This document shows, piece by piece, positions 27,661 through 37,387 of a DNA stretch of 64,000 nt; positions within the stretch are counted from its first letter, which is position 1, and every line of letters starts with the position of its first letter. The notes beneath the pieces are model-generated. The model saw only the letters and a program-made list of their open reading frames with translations, was not told the DNA's origin and did no database searches. The stretch spans positions 1 through 64,000 of the IMG/VR virus record IMGVR_UViG_3300005611_002069. One strand, written 5' to 3'. Both the position numbers and the translations under genes were made by a program. This DNA comes from a virus (taxonomy: Duplodnaviria > Caudoviricetes).

Positions 27661-29908
27661 TATATGTTTTGTATTTGCCTCAGCAGCAGAGAAAAACGCA
27701 GATAAGATTGTAGGTAAATATCTTAAAGATATTGACTATGATATACAGTTTCTAAGTTCTGGGTCTAAAGATAAAATACTTAAAAAAGATATTGATTTAG
27801 AAATGTCAGTACTTGATAGTTATAAGTTAGTTTGTCCTATAGGTGCAGATGCACTAAAATATGTTACTGGTATTACAGGTATAACTAAATACAACGGTGT
27901 ACATTTAGAAAAAAAATATATGCCTATTGTCCACCCAAATATGGCAATAGTAAAACCACAGATGGAAGATGAGATTAAAAAAGCATTTAGTAGAATACTT
28001 CCTATACTTAATGACGAAGATTCGGGTAAACAGATTGAAAAAGATTATAAACACATTGAAACCGTAGCAGAACTAGATGAATATAGAGATCAATTAGAAG
28101 CTGCTAAAACTTTAGTTGTTGATATTGAAACAACCTCTGTGTCTCCACACACAGGATCAATACTTGGTATTGCAATGTCTACAAAACCAAACCAAGGATT
28201 ATATGTATCAATCGATGTAGTAAATAATCTTTATACTTACTTTCAAGAATTGTTTAATGATAGAAAATGTATATTTCATAATGCAAAATTTGATATGGGT
28301 TTTATGGAACATGAGTTAAAATTTTCTTTTCCTGATTGGGAAGATACTATGTTATTACATTATTGTTTAGAAGAATCAGTTGGAACACACGGTCTAAAAC
28401 CCCTTGCTCTTAGATTTACTGATCTTGGAGATTATGAGAGAGAACTTGATGAATATAAAAAGTCATGGGCTAGAAGAAATAAAGTAAAACTAGCAGACTT
28501 CAATTATGGTATGTTGCCCGCTGACATACTTGCTCCTTACGCGTGTAAAGATGCGGATGCAACTTTTCAATTATACAATAAGTTTAAGCCGCTGGTTGAT
28601 AAGAGTAAAGAATTTACAAGACTATATACAACCATTCTTAAACCTGCAACTATCGCATTAAAACGTTTAGAGAAAAACGGTGGCCCAGTTGATACTACAG
28701 CAGTAGACGCTTTACAAAAATCTTATCAAATAGATGTTGAAGAATGTATAGATGAAATTTCAAATAATAGTGCAGTTCAAAGATTCGAAAGAATACATAA
28801 TAAAACTTTTAACCCAAACTCAACTATGCAACTTCGAGAATTGTTTTTTAATATCTTAGCAATTAAACCTACAAAGAAAACAGAAACAGGTGCACACAGT
28901 GTAGATAAAGAGGTATTGCAAAATATGAACCACCCTCTAGCTGAAGCGGTGCTCGATCTCAGAGAAAAATCTAAAATGGCAGGCACTTATATTTCTAACA
29001 TACAACAAGGAGTAGATAGTGACGGAAGACTTAGAAGCGGTTTTAATATTCATGGGACCACCAGTGGTCGCCTTAGTAGTAGTGGGAATCTCAACTACCA
29101 AAATATACCAAGAGACAACAAAGACATTAAAAAACTTTTCAAAGCACGAGAAGGTTTTAAAATTGTTCAGTGTGACCTCGGCACTGCAGAAGTCTATTAT
29201 GCAGCTATGCTTAGTAATGATTCATTCCTACAAAAAGCTTTTATTGATAAATTGGACTTTCACTCGTATGTTGCAAAACAAATGTTTAACCTCACTTGTG
29301 AAGTATCAGAAGTTAAATCAAAATATCCAGCACAGAGACAGTATGCAAAGGCTATTACCTTCGGGATTATGTATCAAGCAGGACCTGCAAAAATCGCAGA
29401 GACAGTTAATAAAGACGCAGTACCAGGAGAAGAAATAAGCATTCCACAAGCTAAGTTATTCATTAATAAATACTTCAATGAAGCAAGAGCACTTAAACGT
29501 TTTATAGATGCGTCAAATCAACAGATAGAAAATTATGCTTATATATATTCTTTTTTTGGTAGAAAGCGTAGACTTCCAGAATCTAAATCACCAAACCCAG
29601 GAGTATCAAAACACGCAATACGATCAGGTGTTAACTTCTTAGTTCAAAGTGTGGCTTCAGATATTAATATTATGGGTGTTATTGATCTGATAAAGTGGAT
29701 TGATGAGAATAATTATCACAATGATATCTTACCTTTTACTGTGGTTCATGACTCTATTGTGTCAGAAGTGAGAGAAGATTTGATTGATACTTATATTCAA
29801 AATACTAGAGAGTGTATACAAAGAGACCGAGGACTAAGTATACCTAACTGTCCTATAAAAGTTGATTTTGAAGTTGGGCCAAGTTGGGGAGAGTTAAGTG
29901 AGCTTTAA
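27653..29908 (+). CDS. polA: Family A DNA polymerase (T5-like) with 3'-5' exonuclease and N-terminal UDG-like remnant
   Basis: DIETT, HNAKFD, YACKD exonuclease motifs; TTSGRLSS; RQYAKAITFGIMY (Phe at the 762-equivalent position); VHDS. Confidence 0.95.
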   Translation: MSDICFVFASAAEKNADKIVGKYLKDIDYDIQFLSSGSKDKILKKDIDLEMSVLDSYKLVCPIGADALKYVTGITGITKYNGVHLEKKYMPIVHPNMAIVKPQMEDEIKKAFSRILPILNDEDSGKQIEKDYKHIETVAELDEYRDQLEAAKTLVVDIETTSVSPHTGSILGIAMSTKPNQGLYVSIDVVNNLYTYFQELFNDRKCIFHNAKFDMGFMEHELKFSFPDWEDTMLLHYCLEESVGTHGLKPLALRFTDLGDYERELDEYKKSWARRNKVKLADFNYGMLPADILAPYACKDADATFQLYNKFKPLVDKSKEFTRLYTTILKPATIALKRLEKNGGPVDTTAVDALQKSYQIDVEECIDEISNNSAVQRFERIHNKTFNPNSTMQLRELFFNILAIKPTKKTETGAHSVDKEVLQNMNHPLAEAVLDLREKSKMAGTYISNIQQGVDSDGRLRSGFNIHGTTSGRLSSSGNLNYQNIPRDNKDIKKLFKAREGFKIVQCDLGTAEVYYAAMLSNDSFLQKAFIDKLDFHSYVAKQMFNLTCEVSEVKSKYPAQRQYAKAITFGIMYQAGPAKIAETVNKDAVPGEEISIPQAKLFINKYFNEARALKRFIDASNQQIENYAYIYSFFGRKRRLPESKSPNPGVSKHAIRSGVNFLVQSVASDINIMGVIDLIKWIDENNYHNDILPFTVVHDSIVSEVREDLIDTYIQNTRECIQRDRGLSIPNCPIKVDFEVGPSWGELSEL

Positions 29909-30443
29909 AGCTTTTACAGCAGCAACAATTATCATGGGATCTTTAACAAGTAAAGCTGCTCTTGGAGATGTATTTAACGGAAAACCTCCTAATAATCATA
30001 TTGAGTGTATGGCAAAAAATATATATTTTGAAGCTAAGTCACAGTCACTTGTTGGTCAACTTGCTGTTGGATTAGTAGTATTAAACAGAGTAAAGAGTAA
30101 AGATTTTCCTAATGATGTGTGTAAAGTAGTATATCAGGGACCTATTAGAGAGTCTTGGAAAACCAAAAAATATCCTAATCTTCCTAAAGAATTAAGAGAA
30201 TACTATCCTGTAAGACATCGGTGTCAATTTAGTTGGTATTGTGATGGATTTAAAGATACAATAAAAGAACCTTCAGTTTATGCAAACATACTATCAATAG
30301 CTACAAAACTTATGGGAGATGTTTATGATTTTACAGATGGAGCTACCCATTATCATGCTACATACGTTTCTCCTGAATGGACTAATTTAGAGGTAGCATT
30401 TACTATAGATGACCATATATTTTATAGACCTAAAAAGAAATGA
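29898..30443 (+). CDS. SleB-like cell wall hydrolase
   Basis: CMAKNIYFEA; VVLNRV; CQFSWYCDG; TDGATHYHA; IDDHIFY. Confidence 0.9.
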   Translation: MSFKAFTAATIIMGSLTSKAALGDVFNGKPPNNHIECMAKNIYFEAKSQSLVGQLAVGLVVLNRVKSKDFPNDVCKVVYQGPIRESWKTKKYPNLPKELREYYPVRHRCQFSWYCDGFKDTIKEPSVYANILSIATKLMGDVYDFTDGATHYHATYVSPEWTNLEVAFTIDDHIFYRPKKK

Positions 30444-30898
30444 TTCAATATCCTATATTTTGTTTAAGAAAAAAACCGTATGATATCAAAATTGATACAA
30501 CAACGATTAAAATAAAGAAACATGAGCATTCGCACTTTGAGACTGTAGATGATAGAGATTTTGGTGGTGATTACTTTATGAGACTTTTACAAATAGAGCA
30601 TCGAATAAGGTTTGATTTTACCTGTAGTAATTTACAAGAGATTATTTTATCAAATTGTAGATGGGGAATAGATTCTAATGCAAAAATTCATGAATTACCT
30701 AGTTTTAATAAAATTAGAAGTCAAAGAAGAAAAATAGTCAGAGCAAATAAGAATAGTATTTGGTTGCACAGAATATCTTATCCATTTAAAATTAAAACAC
30801 AGGAAAATTTAAAAGGATCTATTGAAGGAAAATATGTAGATATAATAAAGATTGAGAATAAATGGTTTATAAAACGGTTTGTAGATGAACCTGTTTAA
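30440..30898 (+). CDS. Hypothetical protein (T5-like, between polymerase and D10)
   Basis: 152 aa, syntenic position. Confidence 0.55.
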   Translation: MIQYPIFCLRKKPYDIKIDTTTIKIKKHEHSHFETVDDRDFGGDYFMRLLQIEHRIRFDFTCSNLQEIILSNCRWGIDSNAKIHELPSFNKIRSQRRKIVRANKNSIWLHRISYPFKIKTQENLKGSIEGKYVDIIKIENKWFIKRFVDEPV

Positions 30899-30906
30899 AT
30901 GAGGAT

Positions 30907-31575
30907 ATGATGGCAAGACTAGCAACACCAATAGAATACGTCTTAGAGAAAGAAAAATACTTAAATATAGTCGAAGACGGAAGTAGATGGATCAATGTAA
31001 ATGGTCATGATATTTTTGGTTATTGCAGATATGCAAAGTTTTATGAACTAATGGTTACTAGTGCAAAAGGACCATGCGTATTTGTGGAAGTTGGAAGTTT
31101 TTTAGGTCAATCAACTGCTATACTTAGTTATTTAATTGATAAATATAAAAAACCAATCGTTATTGATTGTGTAGACATTTTTGATTTATCTGATTTTAGT
31201 GATGGTGAACACGAAAGATATATAGGACAACTTGAAGGTAAGTTTTTTGAAACATTTTTAGCAAATATGAATAAATCTAAAACAATTCACAACATTAGGT
31301 ATATTCATAAGGGAACTTCTGTTGAAGCAGCAAAAAAGTATCCAGAACATTCTATAGATTTAGTATACTTAGATGCTTCACACTTAAAAGAACATCTTCT
31401 GTGGGATTTAAAATCTTGGACACCTAAAGTCAAAAAAGATGGAGTTATTGCTGGTGATGATATAGATCATAAGGGTGTTTATGAGGCTTTAGAAGAGTTT
31501 TTTGAAAAAGACGAAAAAGGCATCAAAAATTCTAGAGGCACGGATTTTGGAACATGGGCTGTAGTGAAAGAATGA
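30907..31575 (+). CDS. Class I SAM-dependent methyltransferase (Methyltransf_24-like)
   Basis: VEVGSFLGQS; DLVYLDASH; VKKDGVIAGDD. Confidence 0.85.
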   Translation: MMARLATPIEYVLEKEKYLNIVEDGSRWINVNGHDIFGYCRYAKFYELMVTSAKGPCVFVEVGSFLGQSTAILSYLIDKYKKPIVIDCVDIFDLSDFSDGEHERYIGQLEGKFFETFLANMNKSKTIHNIRYIHKGTSVEAAKKYPEHSIDLVYLDASHLKEHLLWDLKSWTPKVKKDGVIAGDDIDHKGVYEALEEFFEKDEKGIKNSRGTDFGTWAVVKE

Positions 31576-32858
31576 AAAAGGCAAAAGTAAAAAAGATTTA
31601 TCTTTCAGACAAAATATATATTAAAAAAACAGACGTTGAGGATGTAGATACGCTAGTATCTCTTTTTACATACGACACAGGTGAAGATATTCTTCAAACT
31701 TACGATGAAACTGATACTCACTTTATTTTACCATCAAATAGTTTTGGTAAACTAGACTACGGTTCTGTTTCTGATAAAAGAACTTTCATAACTGCAAAAA
31801 GTAATCTTTCATTTGCTGGCAAATTAAGATGGGAACAAAAAGAAGTTGTAGACAAATTTCATACAAAAGGAAGAGCTAGAAGTGGTATTATACAAGCCCC
31901 TTGTGGTTGGGGAAAAACATTTACTGGTGTAGATATAATCGCAAGAAATAATGTTACAACTCTAGTTATGGTGCATACTAAACTTTTATTCAGACAATGG
32001 ATAGAAGAATTAGAAAAACAAGTTCCTGGGTGCAAGATAGGAATGATAGGAGACGGAATACTCGATATCCAAGATATTACAGTTGGTATATATAAAAGTG
32101 TTTATAATAACCTTAGTGATTTGCGTAATAGTTTTTCTTTAGTATTAGTAGACGAAGCACATTTATGTCCTGCAGAGTTATTTAGTACAGCACTTAATAA
32201 CTTAAATGCTAAAATCAAGATAGGAATTAGTGCTACACCAAAAAGAAAAGACGGAAAACATGTGTATTTAGGAGACTATTTCACTCCTTTTATGGTTACG
32301 GCTAGAGACCCGAGAAAATTACAAGATCCAATGATTATGGTTAAAAGGACTGATTTTAGATTTCCAGTTATAGATCCAAAACGTGATTGGTCGCGCCAGT
32401 TGAACAAATTATGCGGTAATCAAGATTACTTGGCAGCTATCGCAAATATGGCGACTCAACTTATAGGTCAAAAACGATGTCCTTTGATTCTTGGTGAGCG
32501 AGTTCAAATGCTCAAAGACTTACAAGGAATGATAAAAGATAGTATATGTTTAATAGGAGAAACAGATGAATCAACTAGAAAAGACGTTCTTCAAAATGTT
32601 GGAGGAAAGTATAAAGCAGTCTTATCAACCAAACTCTTCGATGAAGGCATCAGTTGTCATCGTCTTGATACTCTTATTATCACTTGCCCTAACAATAATC
32701 CTATAAAGTTAGAGCAAAGAATAGGTAGAATAATAAGAGAACATCCCGACAAACAAGTGCCTATGGTGGTAGACTTTTGGCTTAGTGGGCCAATAGTAGC
32801 TAGACAGCAAGCAAAAAGATTAGAGTGGTATAAACAACGTGGCTATTACATACTTTAA
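31572..32858 (+). CDS. SF2 helicase, T5 D10-like
   Basis: APCGWGKT; DEAH; SATPKRKDG; EQRIGRIIR. Confidence 0.9.
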   Translation: MKKAKVKKIYLSDKIYIKKTDVEDVDTLVSLFTYDTGEDILQTYDETDTHFILPSNSFGKLDYGSVSDKRTFITAKSNLSFAGKLRWEQKEVVDKFHTKGRARSGIIQAPCGWGKTFTGVDIIARNNVTTLVMVHTKLLFRQWIEELEKQVPGCKIGMIGDGILDIQDITVGIYKSVYNNLSDLRNSFSLVLVDEAHLCPAELFSTALNNLNAKIKIGISATPKRKDGKHVYLGDYFTPFMVTARDPRKLQDPMIMVKRTDFRFPVIDPKRDWSRQLNKLCGNQDYLAAIANMATQLIGQKRCPLILGERVQMLKDLQGMIKDSICLIGETDESTRKDVLQNVGGKYKAVLSTKLFDEGISCHRLDTLIITCPNNNPIKLEQRIGRIIREHPDKQVPMVVDFWLSGPIVARQQAKRLEWYKQRGYYIL

Positions 32859-33279
32859 TTGGTACGAGTTACACTCAAAAGCAAAGGGCGACCCTGCTGG
32901 AATAATCATCTTGACTTATGGTCTAACTTCAAGTTATAATGTGAATACTTCTCAATACTTGATGAAAAAATTAAATATAAATCATATACCGCCTTTACTT
33001 TTTAGTAGAAAGCATTTGAGTCAGTCAAGATACAGAATAATATCAAACTATGTTACTAAAGAACCACAAAGTTATTTCAAAAACGAAAGGTTTTTATTTG
33101 CAAGAGTAAATGTTAGACATAAAGCATTATATTTACGAGCATTGTCAATGAGAGATATTGATGATAAAAATAATTTTATACCTAGACACTATTTTAATGA
33201 AGTAGCTAAAAACCCTTTTTTAAAAGTAACAGAAGATAAAATACATTTTATATACGAGTCTCCGCGAGGAGATACCTAA
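32839..33279 (+). CDS. Hypothetical protein (T5-like)
   Basis: 146 aa between D10 and D11. Confidence 0.55.
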   Translation: MAITYFNWYELHSKAKGDPAGIIILTYGLTSSYNVNTSQYLMKKLNINHIPPLLFSRKHLSQSRYRIISNYVTKEPQSYFKNERFLFARVNVRHKALYLRALSMRDIDDKNNFIPRHYFNEVAKNPFLKVTEDKIHFIYESPRGDT

Positions 33280-33311
33280 ACTAAAGAACCAACGTTCACA
33301 AGGAGGATACT

Positions 33312-33971
33312 ATGGTAGCTTGGGATAAAGCAAGAGGTAAACAAAGCTCTGGGTCAAGCCAGCGCAAAGAAATCGAGAGACTATCTCTCTCGATCGGTGA
33401 TACTAAAGTTAGGTTGATAGGCGATGTAATGCCTAGATACTGCTACTGGGTTGTCACTACTGAAGGCAAAAAAATGCCTATAGAATGTCTTAGTTTTTCA
33501 AGAGAAACTGAGTCATTTGATAATAACGCTCAAGATCCTTTCAAGGAGATTGACACTGCAATATATTCAGACAAACCACAATTTTCATATGTCTGTAATG
33601 TAATTGATAGAACAGATGGTAAAATTAAACTGTTCGATTTAAGAGCAACTATTTATTCTCAAATAGTAGACTATGCTTCTAACCCTGAATATGGTAACCC
33701 TGCTGATCCAGTAAAAGGTTATGATCTCACTGTAAAAAAAGAGAAGACAGGGCCACTTCCTCAAAATGTTAAGTATACTGTAGTTCCTGCAAGGAGCAAC
33801 ATTGCCTTAACTGAAGACGAACAAAAGCTAGAACTTTTTGAACTAGATAGAATCTACAAACGTCAAACTTATGATGAGCAGAAAGAATGGCTATTGCAAA
33901 ATACTGCATTCTTTTCCGCAGAAGCTGGTGATGAGTTTAAAGCTGTAGAAGATGTTGAGGACTTAGCATAA
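33312..33971 (+). CDS. T5 D11-like ssDNA-binding protein
   Basis: AGGAGG RBS; YVCNVIDR; NPADPVKGYDL; acidic C-terminal tail; synteny. Confidence 0.75.
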   Translation: MVAWDKARGKQSSGSSQRKEIERLSLSIGDTKVRLIGDVMPRYCYWVVTTEGKKMPIECLSFSRETESFDNNAQDPFKEIDTAIYSDKPQFSYVCNVIDRTDGKIKLFDLRATIYSQIVDYASNPEYGNPADPVKGYDLTVKKEKTGPLPQNVKYTVVPARSNIALTEDEQKLELFELDRIYKRQTYDEQKEWLLQNTAFFSAEAGDEFKAVEDVEDLA

Positions 33972-34811
33972 ATGAAAAAAAAGTTATCTGATTTAGTTAG
34001 TAATACTATAACTAGCGAAGGTAGCACAGATAATGCTCCAAAGAAAAAAAACTTTGGAGCATTCACTGATGTTACAGGTGATCAAGCGAAAATTGATCTT
34101 AACATACTGAGAGAATATAATGTTTTCTTTGCAACTCCGTGTTATGGAGGAAATCTAACGGATCAGTACTTTTTAAGTATGTTTCGTTGCACACAAACGA
34201 TGATGAAAAACGGTATAAATTTTAGGATAACAACATTAAGGAATGAATCGTTAGTAACTAGAGCTAGAAATATTTTATCAGCAATGTTTATGGAAAGTGA
34301 TTGTACTCATTTATTTTTTGTTGATGCTGACATAGAATTTGATGCAGAGTCAGTATTAAGAGCTTTAGCTTTTGATAAAGATATAATTGCGGGTGCTTAT
34401 CCTAAAAAAGCACTACCTGTACAGTATGCACTGAATTTTAAATTTATTGACCCTACTAAAGGACAGATTAGAGTTCAGAATGGTGCTGCTGAAGTATTAG
34501 ATGCATCAACTGGTTTTTTCTGTATAAAAAAGAATGTATTTGATAAGATGAGAGAAGCATACCCAGAACTGCATTATAAGAATGATTCTAACATAGACAA
34601 AAAATACAATAAATATTGTTATTCATTTTTTGATACAATCCATGATAAAACAGATAATAGATATTTATCAGAAGATTACACTTTTTGCAGAAGATGGCAA
34701 GCTATAGGTGGAGAAATTTGGGTAGATTTATCTACAAAACTTAATCATGTAGGTAGTTATACTTTTGAAGGCGATCTCAGCAAAATAATAAATGTGGGAG
34801 CAGGCAAGTGA
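33972..34811 (+). CDS. GT-A fold glycosyltransferase-like protein
   Basis: ATPCYGG; NESLVTRARN; FFVDAD; GAYPKK; YLSEDYTFCRRW. Confidence 0.7.
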   Translation: MKKKLSDLVSNTITSEGSTDNAPKKKNFGAFTDVTGDQAKIDLNILREYNVFFATPCYGGNLTDQYFLSMFRCTQTMMKNGINFRITTLRNESLVTRARNILSAMFMESDCTHLFFVDADIEFDAESVLRALAFDKDIIAGAYPKKALPVQYALNFKFIDPTKGQIRVQNGAAEVLDASTGFFCIKKNVFDKMREAYPELHYKNDSNIDKKYNKYCYSFFDTIHDKTDNRYLSEDYTFCRRWQAIGGEIWVDLSTKLNHVGSYTFEGDLSKIINVGAGK

Positions 34812-35395
34812 AAAAGGGGATAGTTGTAAAAAAGAATGTATTTCAAATTGAAGAAGTAAAAGCAATACATGATTTTATCATAAAAAATGATATACTGTTT
34901 AATAATCCCGTATTTACATCTGGACAACAAATCCCCGATTTTATAGGGTCTACAATACCTTTTAAAAGATTAGATAATAACTCACAAGAAATGTTCGGTA
35001 TTAAACAGTTTTTAAACACTGTTAGATTCTTTACTCAAAAAATTATTCACGAAAGATCTGGAGAGTTACATATACCTGATAATACTGAACTAGTAAAGTG
35101 GAAAGAAGGTAGAGAGATGGGTCTTCACTCAGATAACTCTTGGCCAGATGGCTCTCAACAAGATCATCCTACTAACTTTAGAACATGGTCTGGTATATTT
35201 TATATTAATGATGATTATGAAGGTGGTAAGATTGAGTTTCCATATAAAAAATATATGTATAAACCTAGAGCAAACTCTTTAGTAGTATTTCCTTCTACAA
35301 GTGATTATCTTCATGGAGTAACTAAGATTACTAAAGGAACTAGATACACAGTAGCTATGTGGTTTACACAAGACTTTGCTCACATTGAAATTTGA
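34808..35395 (+). CDS. Prolyl-4-hydroxylase-like 2OG-Fe(II) oxygenase
   Basis: LHSD; YINDDYEGGKIEF; LHGVTKITKGTRY. Confidence 0.85.
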   Translation: MKKGIVVKKNVFQIEEVKAIHDFIIKNDILFNNPVFTSGQQIPDFIGSTIPFKRLDNNSQEMFGIKQFLNTVRFFTQKIIHERSGELHIPDNTELVKWKEGREMGLHSDNSWPDGSQQDHPTNFRTWSGIFYINDDYEGGKIEFPYKKYMYKPRANSLVVFPSTSDYLHGVTKITKGTRYTVAMWFTQDFAHIEI

Positions 35396-37236
35396 TGAAA
35401 TTTCTTAGTTTTGTTCAGGTTAACTATACAGCTAATTTTGAAGGTAATAAGTACTACCTTCCTTATTCTGTAGGATTACTATGGGCATATCTAAGCAGTT
35501 TTAAAGAAAATGAGTTTACATTAGATAAAATTATATTAAAAAGGGATCCCATATCTACTACAGCAAAGATACTATCCAAAAATACAGTAGTAGCTTTTTC
35601 GTGTTATCTCTGGAACAGAAATTACTGTCTGTCTCTTGCCAAAGAAGTGAAGAAATTAAATCCAAGTATCAAAATCGTTTTCGGAGGGCCGGAGCTTGAG
35701 GTATCTGATATATCTTTTTTTAAAAAATTTCCTTTTATTGACGTTCATGTAATAAATGAAGGTGAAATTACTTTCAAAAATGTTTTAGACAATATTAATA
35801 GTCTTGATCAAGTCCCAGGTATTATCTGGAATGACCAAGGAAAGCTAACTGTTAACAAAGTAGCAACGCGGATTGATAATCTAGATAATATTCCATCTCC
35901 TTATCTTACTGGGGTTTTTGATAAATTGATAGCGTCAAACCCAAACTTAGAATGGTCGGCGACTATAGAAACTAATAGAGGATGTCCTTATAAGTGTACT
36001 TTTTGTGATTGGGGTAGTTTAACTTACTCTAAAATTAGGAAATTCAATTTAGAAAGAGTATTATCGGAAATTAAATGGGTTTTTGATAATAAAAATGTAA
36101 CTACTATTGACTTAGCTGATGCTAATTTTGGTATATTTACTGAGCGCGATTCACGGATTGTAAACGCAATTATTGAACAAAAAAATACAACAGGTAAAAA
36201 AATCAGCTTTACAACAAACTTTGCAAAAAATCAGAATAAAACAGTAGTTGAGATGGTTAAAAAATTAGCAAAAAATACAGATTCATCCGACTATCACACT
36301 GTATCCCTTCAATCTCTAAATGAAAATGTTTTATCAGCTATTAAAAGAAAAAATCTTGCTGTTAACAAAATACAAGAAATATATGACATTGCTATTGAAA
36401 ATGACTTAACTTTAAAAGTAGAACTAATCTTAGGACTGCCCGAAGATACTTTAGAAACTTACAAAAAAACCATTTTTGATTTATATGAAATCTCACCCGA
36501 AATCAGCATACAAGCTTATAGGCTTCAAGCTTTAAATAACTCTGAGCTATTCCTAACAAGTCAGGATACTGTATGGAAACCTATAAAGAATTACAACTCT
36601 GAGTCAGAAGAAGATGTAGATGAATATATCTCTTATGTTTATAGTACAAAAACACTACATCATGAAGATTTATTAGAAGCTTTGTGTTTTACTTGTTGGA
36701 TTATAGCATTTCATGTTTATGGTTTTTCTAATGTTTTAGCTAAAGAAGCGCGTGACAAAGGTATATCATATGAAAGTTTTTATAACGGGTTGTATGCTAG
36801 ATGTATAAAAGACAAGTACATCAATAAGTATTTTGAAGATTTTAAGAAGAACCAAACAGAGTGGTATAACAATGAAGAATCAACCATTGAAGAAGTAAAA
36901 GGATTAAAATTTAATGCTCATAGGTCTATGTGGCATTTTATATCTAAAATACATGGCGACGAAGCGTTCACTCATATTTTTAAAATTTTAAAAGAGTACT
37001 CAAAAGAAATAAAAATTTTTAGTGATGAGTTATTTGGTTTACAACAAGTAGTACCAATTAACTTTAATAATCAAAGTGCATATCCGTTAACATTAAAATA
37101 TAATGATAAAGATTTTAAAGTAATTAACAAACATAAGGTAACTCATAATCATATACAGTTTATCAATGATTTATATTATAAGAGAGATATTGGGTGGGGC
37201 AAGGCTATTGTTAAAGAAGATACAAGTGTGACGTGA
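35395..37236 (+). CDS. Cobalamin-binding radical SAM enzyme
   Basis: N-terminal B12-binding domain (FSCYLWN, VFGGP, INEGE); ETNRGCPYKCTFC (CxxxCxxC); ELILGLP. Confidence 0.88.
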   Translation: MKFLSFVQVNYTANFEGNKYYLPYSVGLLWAYLSSFKENEFTLDKIILKRDPISTTAKILSKNTVVAFSCYLWNRNYCLSLAKEVKKLNPSIKIVFGGPELEVSDISFFKKFPFIDVHVINEGEITFKNVLDNINSLDQVPGIIWNDQGKLTVNKVATRIDNLDNIPSPYLTGVFDKLIASNPNLEWSATIETNRGCPYKCTFCDWGSLTYSKIRKFNLERVLSEIKWVFDNKNVTTIDLADANFGIFTERDSRIVNAIIEQKNTTGKKISFTTNFAKNQNKTVVEMVKKLAKNTDSSDYHTVSLQSLNENVLSAIKRKNLAVNKIQEIYDIAIENDLTLKVELILGLPEDTLETYKKTIFDLYEISPEISIQAYRLQALNNSELFLTSQDTVWKPIKNYNSESEEDVDEYISYVYSTKTLHHEDLLEALCFTCWIIAFHVYGFSNVLAKEARDKGISYESFYNGLYARCIKDKYINKYFEDFKKNQTEWYNNEESTIEEVKGLKFNAHRSMWHFISKIHGDEAFTHIFKILKEYSKEIKIFSDELFGLQQVVPINFNNQSAYPLTLKYNDKDFKVINKHKVTHNHIQFINDLYYKRDIGWGKAIVKEDTSVT

Positions 37237-37352
37237 CGGTTAGGCAACTCCGTTGCCACGACTGCGTCTCTACGAGACACTAGCTAGAACACAGTGGTTC
37301 AAGCCTTATTCAATAGCTTTTCACCTGCCGGTGTAACGCTGTTCACTAGCTA
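37237..37352. other. GC-rich, highly structured intergenic element (ncRNA or DNA hairpin/origin candidate)
   Basis: Hairpins 37243-37257, 37266-37278, 37301-37319, 37322-37333, plus long-range pairing 37281-37295 with 37338-37352. Confidence 0.5.
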
Positions 37353-37387
37353 TTCAATATTTTTAGCATATTTTAGAAGGAATTGCA

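Noticed and set aside
27653-28020. N-terminal UDG-like segment of the polymerase as a novelty
   Set aside because: Similar remnants occur in T5/SPO1-type polymerases and the catalytic N-terminal UDG motif is not visible.
29019-29438. 139-aa alternative-frame ORF inside the polymerase
   Set aside because: No RBS or recognisable motif; shadow of a conserved gene.
34808-35395. TET/JBP-type DNA base oxidase interpretation
   Set aside because: Motifs (NDDYEGG, HGV…GTRY) are prolyl-4-hydroxylase type, not TET/JBP.
37293-37310. GGTTCAAGCC resembling a tRNA T-loop
   Set aside because: Flanks (AGTGG/CTTAT) cannot form a T-stem and there is no cloverleaf or CCA.
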